64,000 nt of DNA from Malacoraja senta (taxonomy: Eukaryota): NCBI GenBank assembly GCA_038087875.1, contig CM075989.1, positions 13,394,001 through 13,458,000 of the forward strand, written 5' to 3'. The position numbers were made by a program, and so were the translations under genes. Positions 1-12,239 of this stretch are shown here, one piece after another; the first letter of the stretch is position 1, and every line of letters begins with the position of its first letter. Under the pieces are notes generated by a model. The model had not been told where the DNA came from. It saw only the letters and a list, made by a program, of their open reading frames with translations, and searched no databases.

Positions 1-343
1 TCTGTCTGTCTTGCTCTGCTTTTAGTTTGAGCTCTTTTTCTTCTTCCTCTTGCTGCTCTTTTTCCTTTTCTCGCTCCGATTGCTCCTTTTTTCTTTGCTC
101 TTCCTGTCTGCGTCCACGCTGTTCTTTTTCCTTTCTGGCCTTCTCCTTAATCTGTGCTGCTTCAGCATGGATCTGACTTATTTCTTCGTCTGTTAAAATG
201 TTTTGTGGTTCCACAAATGGCTTTGTTGACCGATCAGGTATCACTGGTCCGTTGTGAACTGGTAGGCTCTCTGTACCAGCAATGTCAGATTTGGGATGAG
301 ACCTCTCTGGCATTTTTAGTGCAGGTTTCTTAGTTCGATCAAT
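1..343 (-). CDS. USP8: USP8 coding exon 10 (SH3-binding motif and coiled coil; runs off the window)
   Basis: IDRTKKPALKMPE...VIPDRSTKP...LTDEEISQIHAE, then an E/K/R/Q-rich coil. The PQ|IDRTKKP motif is split by the exon junction. Open to base 1. Confidence 0.96.
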   Translation of the reverse strand, partial: MDRTKKPALKMPERSHPKSDIAGTESLPVHNGPVIPDRSTKPFVEPQNILTDEEISQIHAEAAQIKEKARKEKEQRGRRQEEQRKKEQSEREKEKEQQEEEEKELKLKAEQDRQ

Positions 344-1630
344 CTGTTCAAATACATAAAAATACAATTGCACCTGTGAATCTTAAAAGATATTCACTTT
401 CAGAAACACTTAATACATAGATTTTACAATCCATAATTTACAATCAAGGCGCCAATCAGAGACAAAACACCTGGAATTCATTGCACATTTTCAATCTCAA
501 GATGTGAAATCAATGCAAAACAGACGACTCGAGTAAGTGGATCATTATTCAAAAATGGGAACATAAGCATAACTAGCGATGGTCCATGACTGTTTACCTA
601 CTTCCCGAATGCTGGCTGCAGATGCACACCTACATGCAGAAGAACATAAATTGACTAGATTGGGGGAAAGCACAAACCATGGGATTTTTAGGAAGTATGA
701 CTTTAAAAAATGAAAAAAAGCTAATTTTATTGTTACACAAGGCCAATTTCCATTTCAATAATGTAGAATTAAGAAATGGCAGATCAATTAAATTCACATT
801 TTGTGAATTCACAATGTCGCATTGAGCTTCCAAAGGCGAAGCTATAATTTAAGCTTTTTGATATCCAATAGAAATAGTTGCTTGCTGAAAGGGAAAGAAA
901 GATGAATACTGAAGACTTGATTAGGTATCACAAAGGTCATGGAATTTTTTTTTTACTCATGAGGTAACATATTGGTATGGACACGTCTGGCTGCCTAGCA
1001 AAAAATTGGGAAATAAAGGCATAATTGAATTTTTTTTTTAATGTGAACAAATGAAATAAAAATAGAAAATGCTGAAAATACTCAGCTGCAGGCAGACAGC
1101 ACCAATGGAAAAAACACCTATGGGTCCTTATAACAAAAAGAAAATAAGTTGCACAGAATGTGTGGGGAAGGCATGATTCTGTAATGGATCCATTGGATAA
1201 ATTGTAGAGGATGTACAATCAGTAGATTAGAGAGAGAGTAAAACAAAAGCTACGAGTAAGAATATAAACAAAGAAATGTGAAGAGATTAAAAATGCGATT
1301 CTATAGGACTTGCCCAAAGGACACGCTTCACTAATGGAAAGGATTGAAAGTTTCAGATTCTGTACCCCCAGCTTATCCTTGCCATCAACCCAATGATTAA
1401 CCCACTTCAAAGTTCCAGAAATATCACACATTACAAAATCCTAGTTTTATTCGCACCAGCCTTAAAGACAAGAAGAAAAATTAAATAAGACTTCACAGCA
1501 ATTAACTCTGGGCAGAAGGTTTGTTTTCGTTTTACTTAAAAGGGGATACAGTAAGAATGAAATATGGGTCAGAACCATGGAAGCTAGCATTTTAGAGGAC
1601 ACTGCATTCTCAGTAGTATAGCACACATAC

Positions 1631-1860
1631 CTGTGGAATGGTTTTTACTGCAACAGGCAGCACACCAGTTGATACTGAAACTTTCGGACCAGGGACACCA
1701 TTAGCAATTGTTTCTATGCTGACTTCTTTTGTAGTCTCTTCCAACTCAGCTATGTTTCCATTAAAACTTCCCAATTCTTGGAAAGCCTCCACTTCATCAT
1801 GGTCTGCAGGAGGTGGTTGAAGAGGTGGTGGTTCCTCCAAAGATGGATAACTAAAGTTCA
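1631..1860 (-). CDS. USP8: USP8 coding exon 9
   Basis: LNFSYPSLEEPPP...VKTIPQ; conserved F(S/T)YPSLEE; 230 nt. Confidence 0.94.
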
Positions 1861-2819
1861 CTGTTATAAAATAATGAACACAGTATTTTGTTCCAAAGCT
1901 TTGAGTTAGCATCCGGTTGAACAAACTAAAATTCCACAGAGCGTTCATTCCCACCAAGCTCACAGGGCGAGCACAGTTGCTATAGTAAATGTGACTTAGT
2001 TACCCATGTAATAATTGGCTTAAGGTTGGAGATGAAACAAATCTCAGTCACACATTTCTACTCAATATTCAGTAACTTTCCCTTAGGCTGGAATATCTTC
2101 TACAATGACACAGTTTCCGTGCATTGGTGAGGTACCACAGCAAAGCTGGTAGATCCTTGTTGGGCATTAATACCATTAAGTAATTAAGAGAAACAGGGGA
2201 GAGTGGGGTGGGTAACAGTGAGAACATAACCAAAATTCATACTTGACACCCAGAATTATTGCAAGATCGCACATGGAATCTATTCTTGTTATTTTCCCTT
2301 CCATCACCCACAGCAAGTTTCAAACACACCACATTTTCTCTGAGGAAATTCACTCTGGATTTAATACCTTCGTCATTCAAATTTTCTAACACTTAATAGC
2401 TTAAAGAGTGTGGACATTGAAAGTCCCACTGAATTGCTGTTAAGAACTAGCCAGGTCCTCTTTGTGTCATCCTAACAGAGGAGGAGATTTCAGATGAATA
2501 TTATCCCTTCCAACACAAAGCTTGGTGATTCTACATCAGGCCAACAGATTTATCATTTATTCTCAGGCCGATAACAAATCCAAAACATGTTATACATTTC
2601 TGAAATATAATTATTATATTCTTGCGATTCCTCTGTCCCTGCTTCCCTAAGAAAATTCACCAATCACCGCCACACACATTGCACTAGACCGCTTATGCTC
2701 CACTTACTGTTTCAAGGAAACGTACTATAAATATTTTCACCCCTCTCTTTAAGGATGTTATATAGTCATGTTAAAAATGTTTTCAAAGCCATCATTTATT
2801 CAGGATACAGAATACTTAC

Positions 2820-2964
2820 AGGACACTTGGACAGCAGTACAGGATTCTTCCTTTGGAACAGCCACTTTGGGATTGGTGGTATACATTGGGTAGCAGCGAA
2901 GCCAACTGTCATAGCCACCCTCCAATACCATTGGTTCACTCCGAAGAATTACCTGGCTATCCCA
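2820..2964 (-). CDS. USP8: USP8 coding exon 8 (end of rhodanese domain)
   Basis: [39 protein letters not shown] motif; 145 nt; GTAAGT donor. Confidence 0.97.
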
Positions 2965-3291
2965 CTGCATAAGATAAAAGTGGAAAATTTAATAGGCTTG
3001 GCAAGTTAGTGCACACTGCCTTTCTATCACCAACAGATATTGTTGCTGTCCCATGCTCCGCCCTCTAATGTTCCCATCTTCATGCAAAGGGATATTGTGG
3101 TGCAGGTGTGTACTGCAAATTGTTGCCAATGGATTTAGGGTATCAAGATGGAGTTGATACTATGTGGAGAATTGGCAGGGAAATAATTAAATCTGGATGT
3201 GCCATTCTTTGATCATACAGCAACAGTGCTGGCACACAGCACTAAACATAAGACAACTCCACACTGTTCATGTTGTAAGTAATTTCCAAAC

Positions 3292-3454
3292 CTTATAAAG
3301 TGCATCTTTGAGACTCTGAAGAACAGTTCCTCTTGTCAACTGGTTGATGGAACTTAACCAATCCAACAAAATAATGTAATCAACAAACTGCCGCTTCCGC
3401 CATGTCTCCTTTGATTCTTCTGGCAGTCTCAACTCTATCTGGTTGACAGTGATT
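3292..3454 (-). CDS. USP8: USP8 coding exon 7 (rhodanese domain)
   Basis: ITVNQIELRLPEESKETWRKRQFVDYIILLDWLSS...LQSLKDALYK; 163 nt. Confidence 0.96.
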
Positions 3455-3595
3455 CTGTAGGGAAGAATTCCAGAAATATTAACTTGAGGCAGAGAGACAG
3501 AAACTTAAAATATCTTCATGAAAGCAGTGTCCAACTTCTTTCTCAAACTTTAAAATAGCATCTGCTATCAATTCCAAATGGACTGAATTTCTTAC

Positions 3596-3764
3596 CCTGG
3601 ATTGATAGCTTCCTCTGGCACACTTATACAAGATGACCTGGCCATGTGTATGTGAGATTCCTGGTAATCCTTGGAGCTCCGTGCATCCATAATGATCACC
3701 TCAGTGTTTCCATCTTGCAGCATTGCAAACAATTTTTCTGCACTAATTGTGTCTCGAGGTGAAC
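3596..3764 (-). CDS. USP8: USP8 coding exon 6 (start of rhodanese domain)
   Basis: SPRDTISAEKLFAMLQDGNTEVIIMDARSSKDYQESHIHMARSSCISVPEEAINPG; contains IIMDAR and SVPEEAI motifs; 169 nt. The acceptor is somewhat weak. Confidence 0.92.
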
Positions 3765-5139
3765 CTGCTTCCCAAAGACAGAATGATAGAAATAAAAAAG
3801 CAGTTAGTCAATCATGATGAGGGCAAAGGAACAATCTGCAAAAACCCTTTTTCTGTGTCACTGGCAGGACAAAAGCACTTCAGAAACTTTCCCCGCAAAA
3901 GCTGCAATAATTGGCTTTGCATTTTGAAAGCTAACAGAGCAAAACTGAATGTGCAACAGAGACTTACAATAAGACATTGTGAATCTGTAGAATTCTCCGC
4001 TACAGAAGGCAATGGAGGCCAATTCACTGGATGTATTCAAGAGAGAGTTGGATATCGCTCTCAGGGCTATCGGAATTAAGGGATATGGGGAGAAAGCAGG
4101 AACGGAGTACTGATTCTGGATGATCAGCCATGATCATATTAAATGGTGGTGCTGGCTTGAAGGGCTGAAGGGCCTACTCCTGCACCTATTTTCTATGTGT
4201 CTATGACATACAAAATGAATATGTCAAGAAGCAAATAATTTGTTTTTTTATTTCAAATTTTGCAAATCCCACTATCGTACGTTATTGCACTGTTTCAGAA
4301 CATTCAAACCATTCAAGCAAAATTAAAAGACAACTTTCAACTCAGGAAACGCATGTAATTTTGATACTAAACCCGAGAAAGTAGTTAGTTACTAAAAATG
4401 AACCCAAACTAAAAATGAATCAATCTTCTAAGAGGGAAGAAATGAGATAATTGGACCACAATGCAGAAAAAGCACTCGGGTTGGAAAACCCTTTCTCTAT
4501 TACTCTGACCAAATTATGGAATATCACGATGTCAGATTAAAATAATTAGAGAACATTTTAAAAATTTAATTTTAGTATCTTGTACTGTTTCAATGAAGCC
4601 CAACAACAGCTCATCAGGTGCCTGGGCACATTGCAACCTACGAGACTCAATATCAGGTCCAATATTACAGATGGCTCACTTTTTTTCTCTTTGTATTAGA
4701 ACTGGCCAGATCACTTTTGAAGATGGTGAAATGTTCTAACCTGAATGGTTGTCTAAAACAGATCACTGGGATATTTAAAGAGGAAGTATATTATTTTTTT
4801 GAAAGATTGGCGAATTGAGGACTATGGTTGGGGAGGCAGGCTTGAGAGGACGTGGCCTACTCCTATGTTCTTATGCTCTCATCCTTGGGCCATTCTACAA
4901 AATTGTTTGCAACTGCTATCACTTTTTGCACATGGATCATTGCAAGCTGAATTTGGTCAGGCTTCTACCAATATCAGGACCTAGTAAATAGACCATTTTT
5001 CTCCACATGGCAAATAAAAAATAAATAACTTCCACAACAAAGGAAAACATTCATATCTCAGTGCCACAAAAAAATAGATCTGGAACCAGTGACTGAATGT
5101 GTCAATGGAACATAGAATTATAATATCATAGACACAAAC

Positions 5140-6310
5140 AGCACAGAAACAGCTGATCATCCTTTTGGCCCAACTCGCCCGTGCTGACCATAAATACCTA
5201 ACTACGCTAGTCTAATTTGTCTGCATTAAGATATCTACTGCTTTCCTATCCAAATGCCTTTCAAACCTTGTAATTCAATGTGCTTTCATCGACCCATCTG
5301 GCAGCTTCTTCACAATGTATTATCCACATCTGCCACTGCTCCAAACTTTCCAGTTGATCTATGTCCCATTGTATCTCTAGATAATATTTGCGATCTATGA
5401 CTCCAACAATTTTTTTATAATCTGCAAACTTGCTAATCAGACCCGCTATATTTCCATCCAAGTCATTTATAGATATTATTACAAAAGGTCTAACCACCAA
5501 TGTGTAGGAAAGAACTGCAGGTGCTGGTTTAAATCGAAGATATAGACACAAAATGGTGGAGTAACCCAGCGGGACAGGCAGCATCTCTGGAGAGAAGGAA
5601 TGGGTAACCAGTCTGAAGAAGGGTCTCGACCCAAAATGTCACCCATTCCTTCCCTCCAGAGATGCTGCCTGTCCCGCTGAGTTACTCCAGCATTTTGTGT
5701 CTATCTTTGGTCTAACCACCTGAGAGTCAGAGAAACACCCATCCATCATCACCCTATGCCTCCTATCGCTAAGCCTACTTTGTATTCAGTTTGCTCAGAC
5801 CCTTTGTGCTTTAACCACCAATGTGTAGACAGACCTGCCTACCGTGCGGGACTGTCAAAAGACTCGCTGAGATCCATGGAAACCACATCATTCATCAATC
5901 TTCCTCGTCATCTAAAAAAACTCAGATTTATGAGACATGATTGCCTCTGCACAAAAACCTACCTTAATTAGTCCCTACCTTTAAAGTGACACTTCCTTCT
6001 TCCTGATACAGAGATGCTCACATTTTAAATACACGGAATCTTCAACAACTTTCCAGCCACTGAGGCAAGGCTCGCCAATCTGTAGTTTCTAGGCTTGACC
6101 CTTCTTCACTTCGTGAACAAAGGGACTATGTCAACTATCCGACCATCTTCTAGTCCCTATCCATTACGGCCAAAAATGCAAAAATCTGCATTAGAGCCCC
6201 ACCAACCTCCAGGCTTGTTTTCCTTAGCATTTCAAGATAGATCATTACAGACCATAGGGATTTATTGACCCTGATGCTGTCTAATATTTTTAACACTTCC
6301 TCCTTTCTAA
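5140..6310 (-). mobile_element. CR1-like LINE fragments (decayed)
   Basis: INDLDGNIAGLISKFAD motif and typical CR1 RT remnants; interrupted by the PLE hairpin. Confidence 0.7.
5499..5708. mobile_element. Palindromic PLE-derived short element
   Basis: About 75-bp inverted arms (GACACAAAATG...GGAATGGGT / ACCCATTCC...TTTTGTGTC) with a decayed hammerhead core at 5613-5640. Flanked by a GGTCTAACCACC direct repeat (5487-5498, 5709-5720). Confidence 0.8.
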
Positions 6311-6849
6311 AACAGACATGCTCAAATTTTAAAATGCAGCAATTTATGAATTTGTTTACCATGAACTGTTAAGACTAGACTGAGAATGCGAGGTCACTGA
6401 AATTAAACATTAACTCTTTCTTTCTCCACCAATCCACGAAAATTAGCATTTTCTACTTATAGTTCAGATTTCCAACATCTGTAGTTTTTGTTGTTTGGAC
6501 CAACATCCCATCAAATGCATTAACTGATCTCAGCTGCTACGTGTGGAGGTACCAAAACTAATCACACAGTTCAGCATTTAGCATGTGGTGTCATGGATTC
6601 CACTCTTGTGTGCTGTCCACTGACTTGTGCAGGAAGCTCTACAGGAGAAGGGGATGGTGTTTAGGATTAGGAGGTGATTAGGATTAGGTACTTGTTCAGG
6701 ATTAGGAGAAATGTTGGTGGAATGAGATAAAGAATAAAGAGGGACTAACAATGAACATTAAATTGTCTTAGGCACAACTGGGTTGAGCAGCCTGCTTCAC
6801 GCCATAAAATCTTTTCTAAGTTTAATAGCAGTAATAACAGATATCTTAC

Positions 6850-6898
6850 CAATGCGTTCTGCATTTGATTTTTTGATGTCGCTCAGCGCACTGTCGCC
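6850..6898 (-). CDS. USP8: USP8 coding exon 5 (short, poorly conserved linker)
   Basis: 49 nt, GDSALSDIKKSNAERI(G), flanked by tttgttttag and GTAAGA. It supplies the phase 0-to-1 change needed between its neighbours. Confidence 0.78.
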
Positions 6899-7379
6899 CT
6901 AAAACAAATGAAAAGCAGCTTTACAAACTACTGTTAAACATTCCAAATATTAAGAATATTTGAGTGCGTCCACCCCCCCGCCCCCCCATTAGCATAAAAA
7001 TATTCTGCAATTCACTAAAGTCAGATATGATTCTGTAGCAACAGTTGGTAATTTCATAATCTATTATAGACAAGTATCTGAACAATTTTCTTCATAATTT
7101 CAAGCTTTGGAGACACTGCTGGCCAGGAATACGTTTATTGCCAATCCCAAACTGCCCTAATAGCAAGCATTTCAGTTAGGATCAGCAGGTCTGGAGTCAC
7201 ACTTGTTAGACAAGATAGAAATAACATTTCCTTGAGGTCATTAGTGAACCAAATGGATTTTTACAATCACTCATTTATTTAAAATTAATTTAAATTCCCT
7301 AGTTGCTCTGGTGATTTGAACATGCCTGCTGATCATCAGCTCTGATTACCAAAATACTAGCCCAGTAATTTAAGCATGA

Positions 7380-8190
7380 CTAGACCAAGTGCAGACCCGT
7401 TGGGTCTGCTCCCCCAACGCAATATTCCAGCACTCACCCATTCCCCCAACGCAACGCGGGGGGGTGTGGGGGCGGAGGGGGGGGGGTGGTGTGTGGGGGG
7501 CGGCGTGTGGGGGGCAGGGGGTATATGGGGGGGGAGGGGTGGAGGGGGGAGTTGAAAGGGATAACTTTATGGCTTTGCAATTTTGGTCCTTCTCTTGCTC
7601 AGAGCAAATTTCAGAAGTATGTGCATCGAAGTCTGTGAAGTTGAAGAATTACCATGAATAACTTTAGAAGCTGGTCTGTAAGTGGGCTTGAATTCCTTTA
7701 CCACGGTGTTGAGAGTTGGCCATATTACTTTCAAATCATATTTGGTCCGCGATGGGATGTGTGTGGGAGGGAGGGGCAGTGAGGAGGGTGTACCATGCTG
7801 TGGGAGGGAGTGAGAGAGGGAGGGAGGCCGCGGTCGGGCGTGGAACTGAGGACCCGAGCAGGCGTGGAACTGAGGACCCGAGCGGGCGTGTGTGAAACGG
7901 GCGCAGACTTGAGCCATGGTGCCTGCCCACCTCATTGTGACGTCATCAGTCGAAGCTGGTTGAGGAATCTGTGTGTGAAAGGCGGTTAAAAATGCCGTTT
8001 TGTCTTTATATATTTAATTTTATTCACCAATAACGTGAAATATAGGATCAAATCTTAAGTGAACCTGATCACTGCGTGGAGGGGAAAAGTGCGAGTCAGA
8101 ATATGTAAAATTTTAAGCGCTACCATGTAGCGTTTAGGCGAAAATACAAAAACACATACACACACACGATGAGACTTTTATATGTATCAA
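7380..8190 (-). mobile_element. Non-autonomous Helitron-like element
   Basis: The minus-strand 3' end reads GCAGACCC-AAC-GGGTCTGC (hairpin) then ACTTGGTCTAG|T. The decayed 5' end (..ATACATATAAAAGTCTCATC plus microsatellite) matches the TCTATATTACTAAAACTCTCATC end at 46378. Confidence 0.75.
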
Positions 8191-8349
8191 TGCTTCCCAA
8201 TGCTAAAATACAAATGTAGACACCGTCAATTAATCCAACCCATTTGTGCTATATGTTCACAAACTAACCTCCACTTTAAAGAGAATACTTAACGCACAAG
8301 GTTTGGGGGAAATATACTGACATAGAGAGGGATTTGGCTAACTAACAAG

Positions 8350-8693
8350 AAACTCCTTCGATGGAGTCGAGGGGGGAGGTAAAGGGACAGGTGTTGCATC
8401 TCCTGCAGTTGCAGGGGAAAGTACCTGGGGAGGGGTGGTTTGGGTGGGAAGGGACGAGTTGACCAGGGAGTTTCGGAGGGAACGGTCTCTGCGGAAAGCA
8501 GAAAGGGGTGGAAATGTGAAGATGTTGCCAGTAGTGGAATCCCATTGGAGGTGATGAAAATGTTGGAGGATTATATGCTGTATGCGACGGCTGATGGGGT
8601 GGAAGGTGAGGACAGGGGAGACTCTGTCGTTACGAATGGAAGGGGGAGGGAGAGTAAGAGCGTGCTGCGGGATTTCGAGGAGACCCTAGTGAG
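8350..8693 (-). mobile_element. Penelope-like internal fragment
   Basis: PSPGTFPCNCRRCNTCPFTSPLDSIEG; homologous to 23200-23455. Confidence 0.75.
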
Positions 8694-9539
8694 ACGTGAG
8701 AAATTTAAGACAGAGATAAGGAAGAATTTCTTCTCTCAGATATCTTGATGCTTTGGAATTCTCTGCTCCAGTGGGCTGTGGAGGGGAGATCGTGGAACAT
8801 TTAAGCTGGGGAATGACAGACTTTTAAACTAAGAAGGAGTCAAAGAGTGTATAATCAGAGACAGAAAGTCTGGCTTACTGGATTGCAGAAGACCCGTTTT
8901 ACAGAAATCTGACTTTACGCAAAATTCCCCATAATTATTTTAAAATATTTTTTAAGATAGGAAAGTTAGTTAGAGATACAAACATCTTCAGGATTAATGG
9001 AATAGGGGTATCAGCTAGTTAATTCAACAGGGAACCAGCCATTAAAAAATGTTCACATAAAACCTCTGTGCAATAAGCAAACAGACACCCTGGCCTTGAA
9101 GAATGCACGCTGCCAATTGTTCACAGCAGGTCACTTTGGAAACTGACAAGTAAATCTTTACCAATGACACTTGTAAAATACTTTAACAAACAATGTAATG
9201 TTCATTACAAATTTAAGGTCATCCAAATGATTGCAAGAGAAACATTTTGATTCTGTACCATTGTATCTACTCAGGGAAGACAATAAATAAAGGTTCATGT
9301 TAATTGTTGAAATTGTTCATTTTCGACTTATGGAAAGAAAATCTATAGAGTTTTCAGGAATTGAACCCTTAAGTAACTTGTAGACTCTCTGTAATGTTGC
9401 ATAGTGATTAGATTAGTCACTATTTTATTGAATGGCAGAGAAGGTTCAAGATGCTATTTGGTCTACTACTATCTTATTGTTCTTCTATTCTTAAAAACAT
9501 TATTGTAACATGATAATTTCTACTCAGGTTATTACAAAC

Positions 9540-9699
9540 CTTTATGGTTCCTTTCTCAACCTGGCCTGAAGAACCTCTGGTTGCTGCTGCCAAATTGTAG
9601 TCTTGTCCCTTGCTTTTTGTTTCTTCTTGCTCTTTGCATTTCTCTTCTTGCAGCCTATCATTTTCTTCAAGCTTTTTACGTACTTCAGCTTCCTCATAT
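9540..9699 (-). CDS. USP8: USP8 coding exon 4
   Basis: YEEAEVRKKLEENDRLQEEKCKEQEETKSKG...GTIK; 160 nt; phase 2 to 0; donor GTTTGT. Confidence 0.9.
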
Positions 9700-10326
9700 C
9701 TAACAGATTAAAATTAAATACTAGATTCACTTCAAAGTCAACCAATTAGCAGTACATTAATGGCCATGTTTCTGTACAGGGAGTATGTGATACAGCAATT
9801 CAGCTATGATCCAATACAAAGCCTAGATAGCTGAACAACATAAGGACTGCGCAGCTTATTACTCGAGATCTCCAGAGCCCAAATTTCAGCCAAACTGGTC
9901 TCCAATTTATCCCTAATACAGTTGCACGGAAAAAAACATGAATGCGGACAAGTGGCAAATATAATAGTAAATATAGTGTAACTCAACCAAATTAATGCTG
10001 GGAAATATAGTCACTCCAATTATGGGATATAATTTGACAAAAGATGTTTGTATTACAGCTCATAGTAATATGGCAGACATCTGACAGTGTAATATAGAAG
10101 AATTTTAAAAGACCAAATGAACCTGGAAATAGAGAAAAAAATTGAAACTTAAATTAACACTGAATTGGGACAATTGTTAAAAGAAATTCAATTCTGAAAA
10201 CTATAAACTGTGTGGTTAATAGATGCAGTGTCGAGCTTGATGAGCCCAAACAGTTGCTTGTGTATATCCCTGTTATTTCTTACAGCCTGATTAGTTACGA
10301 ATTACGAAGTCAGAGTTACAACATAC

Positions 10327-10412
10327 CTTAATTTCAGGCTTTCGGAAAGTCTTTCTGCTTCTTCTAAGGCTTTTCGGAAGCTTGTCGGACCAAGTAAAGA
10401 AACATAGTAGTC
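10327..10412 (-). CDS. USP8: USP8 coding exon 3
   Basis: DYYVSLLGPTSFRKALEEAERLSESLKLR; 86 nt; AG/GT boundaries. Confidence 0.96.
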
Positions 10413-11129
10413 CTGCAATGAAAATAAATGTTATTATTATACTAATTCTGCAGTTCCTAGAACTAAACAACTTTACAATCCCGAACAATAATGGCTGCAT
10501 AAAAGAACAAATTAAAAACAAAGACAATAAAAACTGCAAATCAGTGTCTGCAGATGAAAGGCAGATCAATACTTTCAATGTGACCTTTCATCAGACCTGT
10601 AAAGGCAGAGTAGCAATGGTCTTTGATAGATATTAAAGACAGTTGCAAAGTACTCTGGAATGGTCTGTTGTTCTTCCAGCCCTCCATTTATGTTGGTCAA
10701 CTGGAAGGTCTATCCTAATTTGCCAACTAAAACATTCATCTGGCAGATCGGATTAAACTTACTCTGCATCTTTAGCATATTGTATTTCTTACAGATTGTC
10801 ATGAACTTACACGATGAAAACAGGTACTAGTAGTTCTGCTAGCATGCAATAATAGTATTCCTCCGAAACCTTGTGTCATAGAAAACCACAATATTAAAAA
10901 AAATTGTGGCAATGGGGTGAAAGGTGGTTAGCAGATAGCGTTTCAGACTCTTAATAACAAAGTCATTTTCCCAGCAAGATTAAACAAATTGCAGGTCTTT
11001 GCACTAGTAATCAGTATATTTTTGTAACTGCAAGCTAAAATTATTGCATGTTACACTGCCTAACAGAGAATCATTGCACAAATGTCAATAGAAGCAAAGT
11101 GACTTTTCAGTAGTTCTCTAATACCCAAC

Positions 11130-11335
11130 TGAAAATGCAGTAACTCAGTGGGTCAGGCAGCATCTCTAGAGAAAATGGATACATGACGTTTTGGGTCAGA
11201 ACCCTTTCTTCAGATGAAGGGTCCCGATCTGAAACTTCACTTATCTATTTTCTTCAAATGCTGCCTGTTCCACTAAGTTACTTCAGCATTTTGTGTCCAT
11301 CTCTAGCATAAACCAGCATCTGCAGTTCCTTTTTT
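11130..11335. mobile_element. Palindromic PLE-derived short element (decayed)
   Basis: Same arm sequences, with two opposed decayed hammerhead cores at 11185-11240. Confidence 0.7.
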
Positions 11336-11400
11336 ATATAATTCCTATGAATATTATGGCAAAAGCTGAATGTTATTTCACAAAATGGAACAGTAAGTAC

Positions 11401-11545
11401 CTGCTGGTGTTTATAATCGTTCCTTTTCCGAATTATATCATATATAGTTAGATACTTCATGTAAAGAACATAGGCTCTTTCTTCATCTCTGTCCAACCTA
11501 CTTTCTTCTGCAGCCTTGAAAATTTTACAGGCGCTTGCAACAATG
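11401..11545 (-). CDS. USP8: USP8 coding exon 2 (MIT domain)
   Basis: IVASACKIFKAAEESRLDRDEERAYVLYMKYLTIYDIIRKRNDYKHQQ; 145 nt; AG/GT boundaries, phase 2 to 0. Confidence 0.97.
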
Positions 11546-12239
11546 CTAGAAAACAAGGGAACGACGGTTTAGAAAGATGCGATCTTTGCATTGTGCAGGA
11601 GATAAATAACAGTGGAATAATTACTCCCTCGTCCAGTTAGTGTTGACAAGATTTTCTTACTTGAATTGAGTATGTTGCGTCATACTCAAAAGATTTTTTT
11701 AATTTATGCTTCATAAATAAAATTAACAACTTATCAAATGACAATGAGTAACTGAGCAACCCATGACAGGGAAATAGATGCCTTAAAACCACACGGAACC
11801 AGTTTCCATTGTGACCTTGGATGCTGTCTATGCATAGCTTGCACATTTTCTCAATTACCATGTGGATTTCCTCCATATGTTCTGGATTTCTCCTACATCC
11901 AAAATGATACCCTGACTCCCAAGGAGCAATCACAGTCTCTTAGGAATGTGCAATAAATGCTGGCATTGCCAGCACCACAAAGATCCTAAAAAATAAACGA
12001 ACCTACATTTGGTATATTGCAATTAGTTTTTCCACATCTAGCCTGACAGAGAGAACAAGAAAGAAAGTTTTCCTGCTCAAACCAAAGATTCGTATAAGTA
12101 TATATAAAAACAGCAGTGAAAAAGTTATGTTTGGCTCTAATTTCCCAATCTCCACCAATAATCTTGGTCCATGCTTGAAAAACAGCCACAAGAAAACTCC
12201 AAAGTTTCACCCATACCATGAAGTTTTACAGCAATATAT

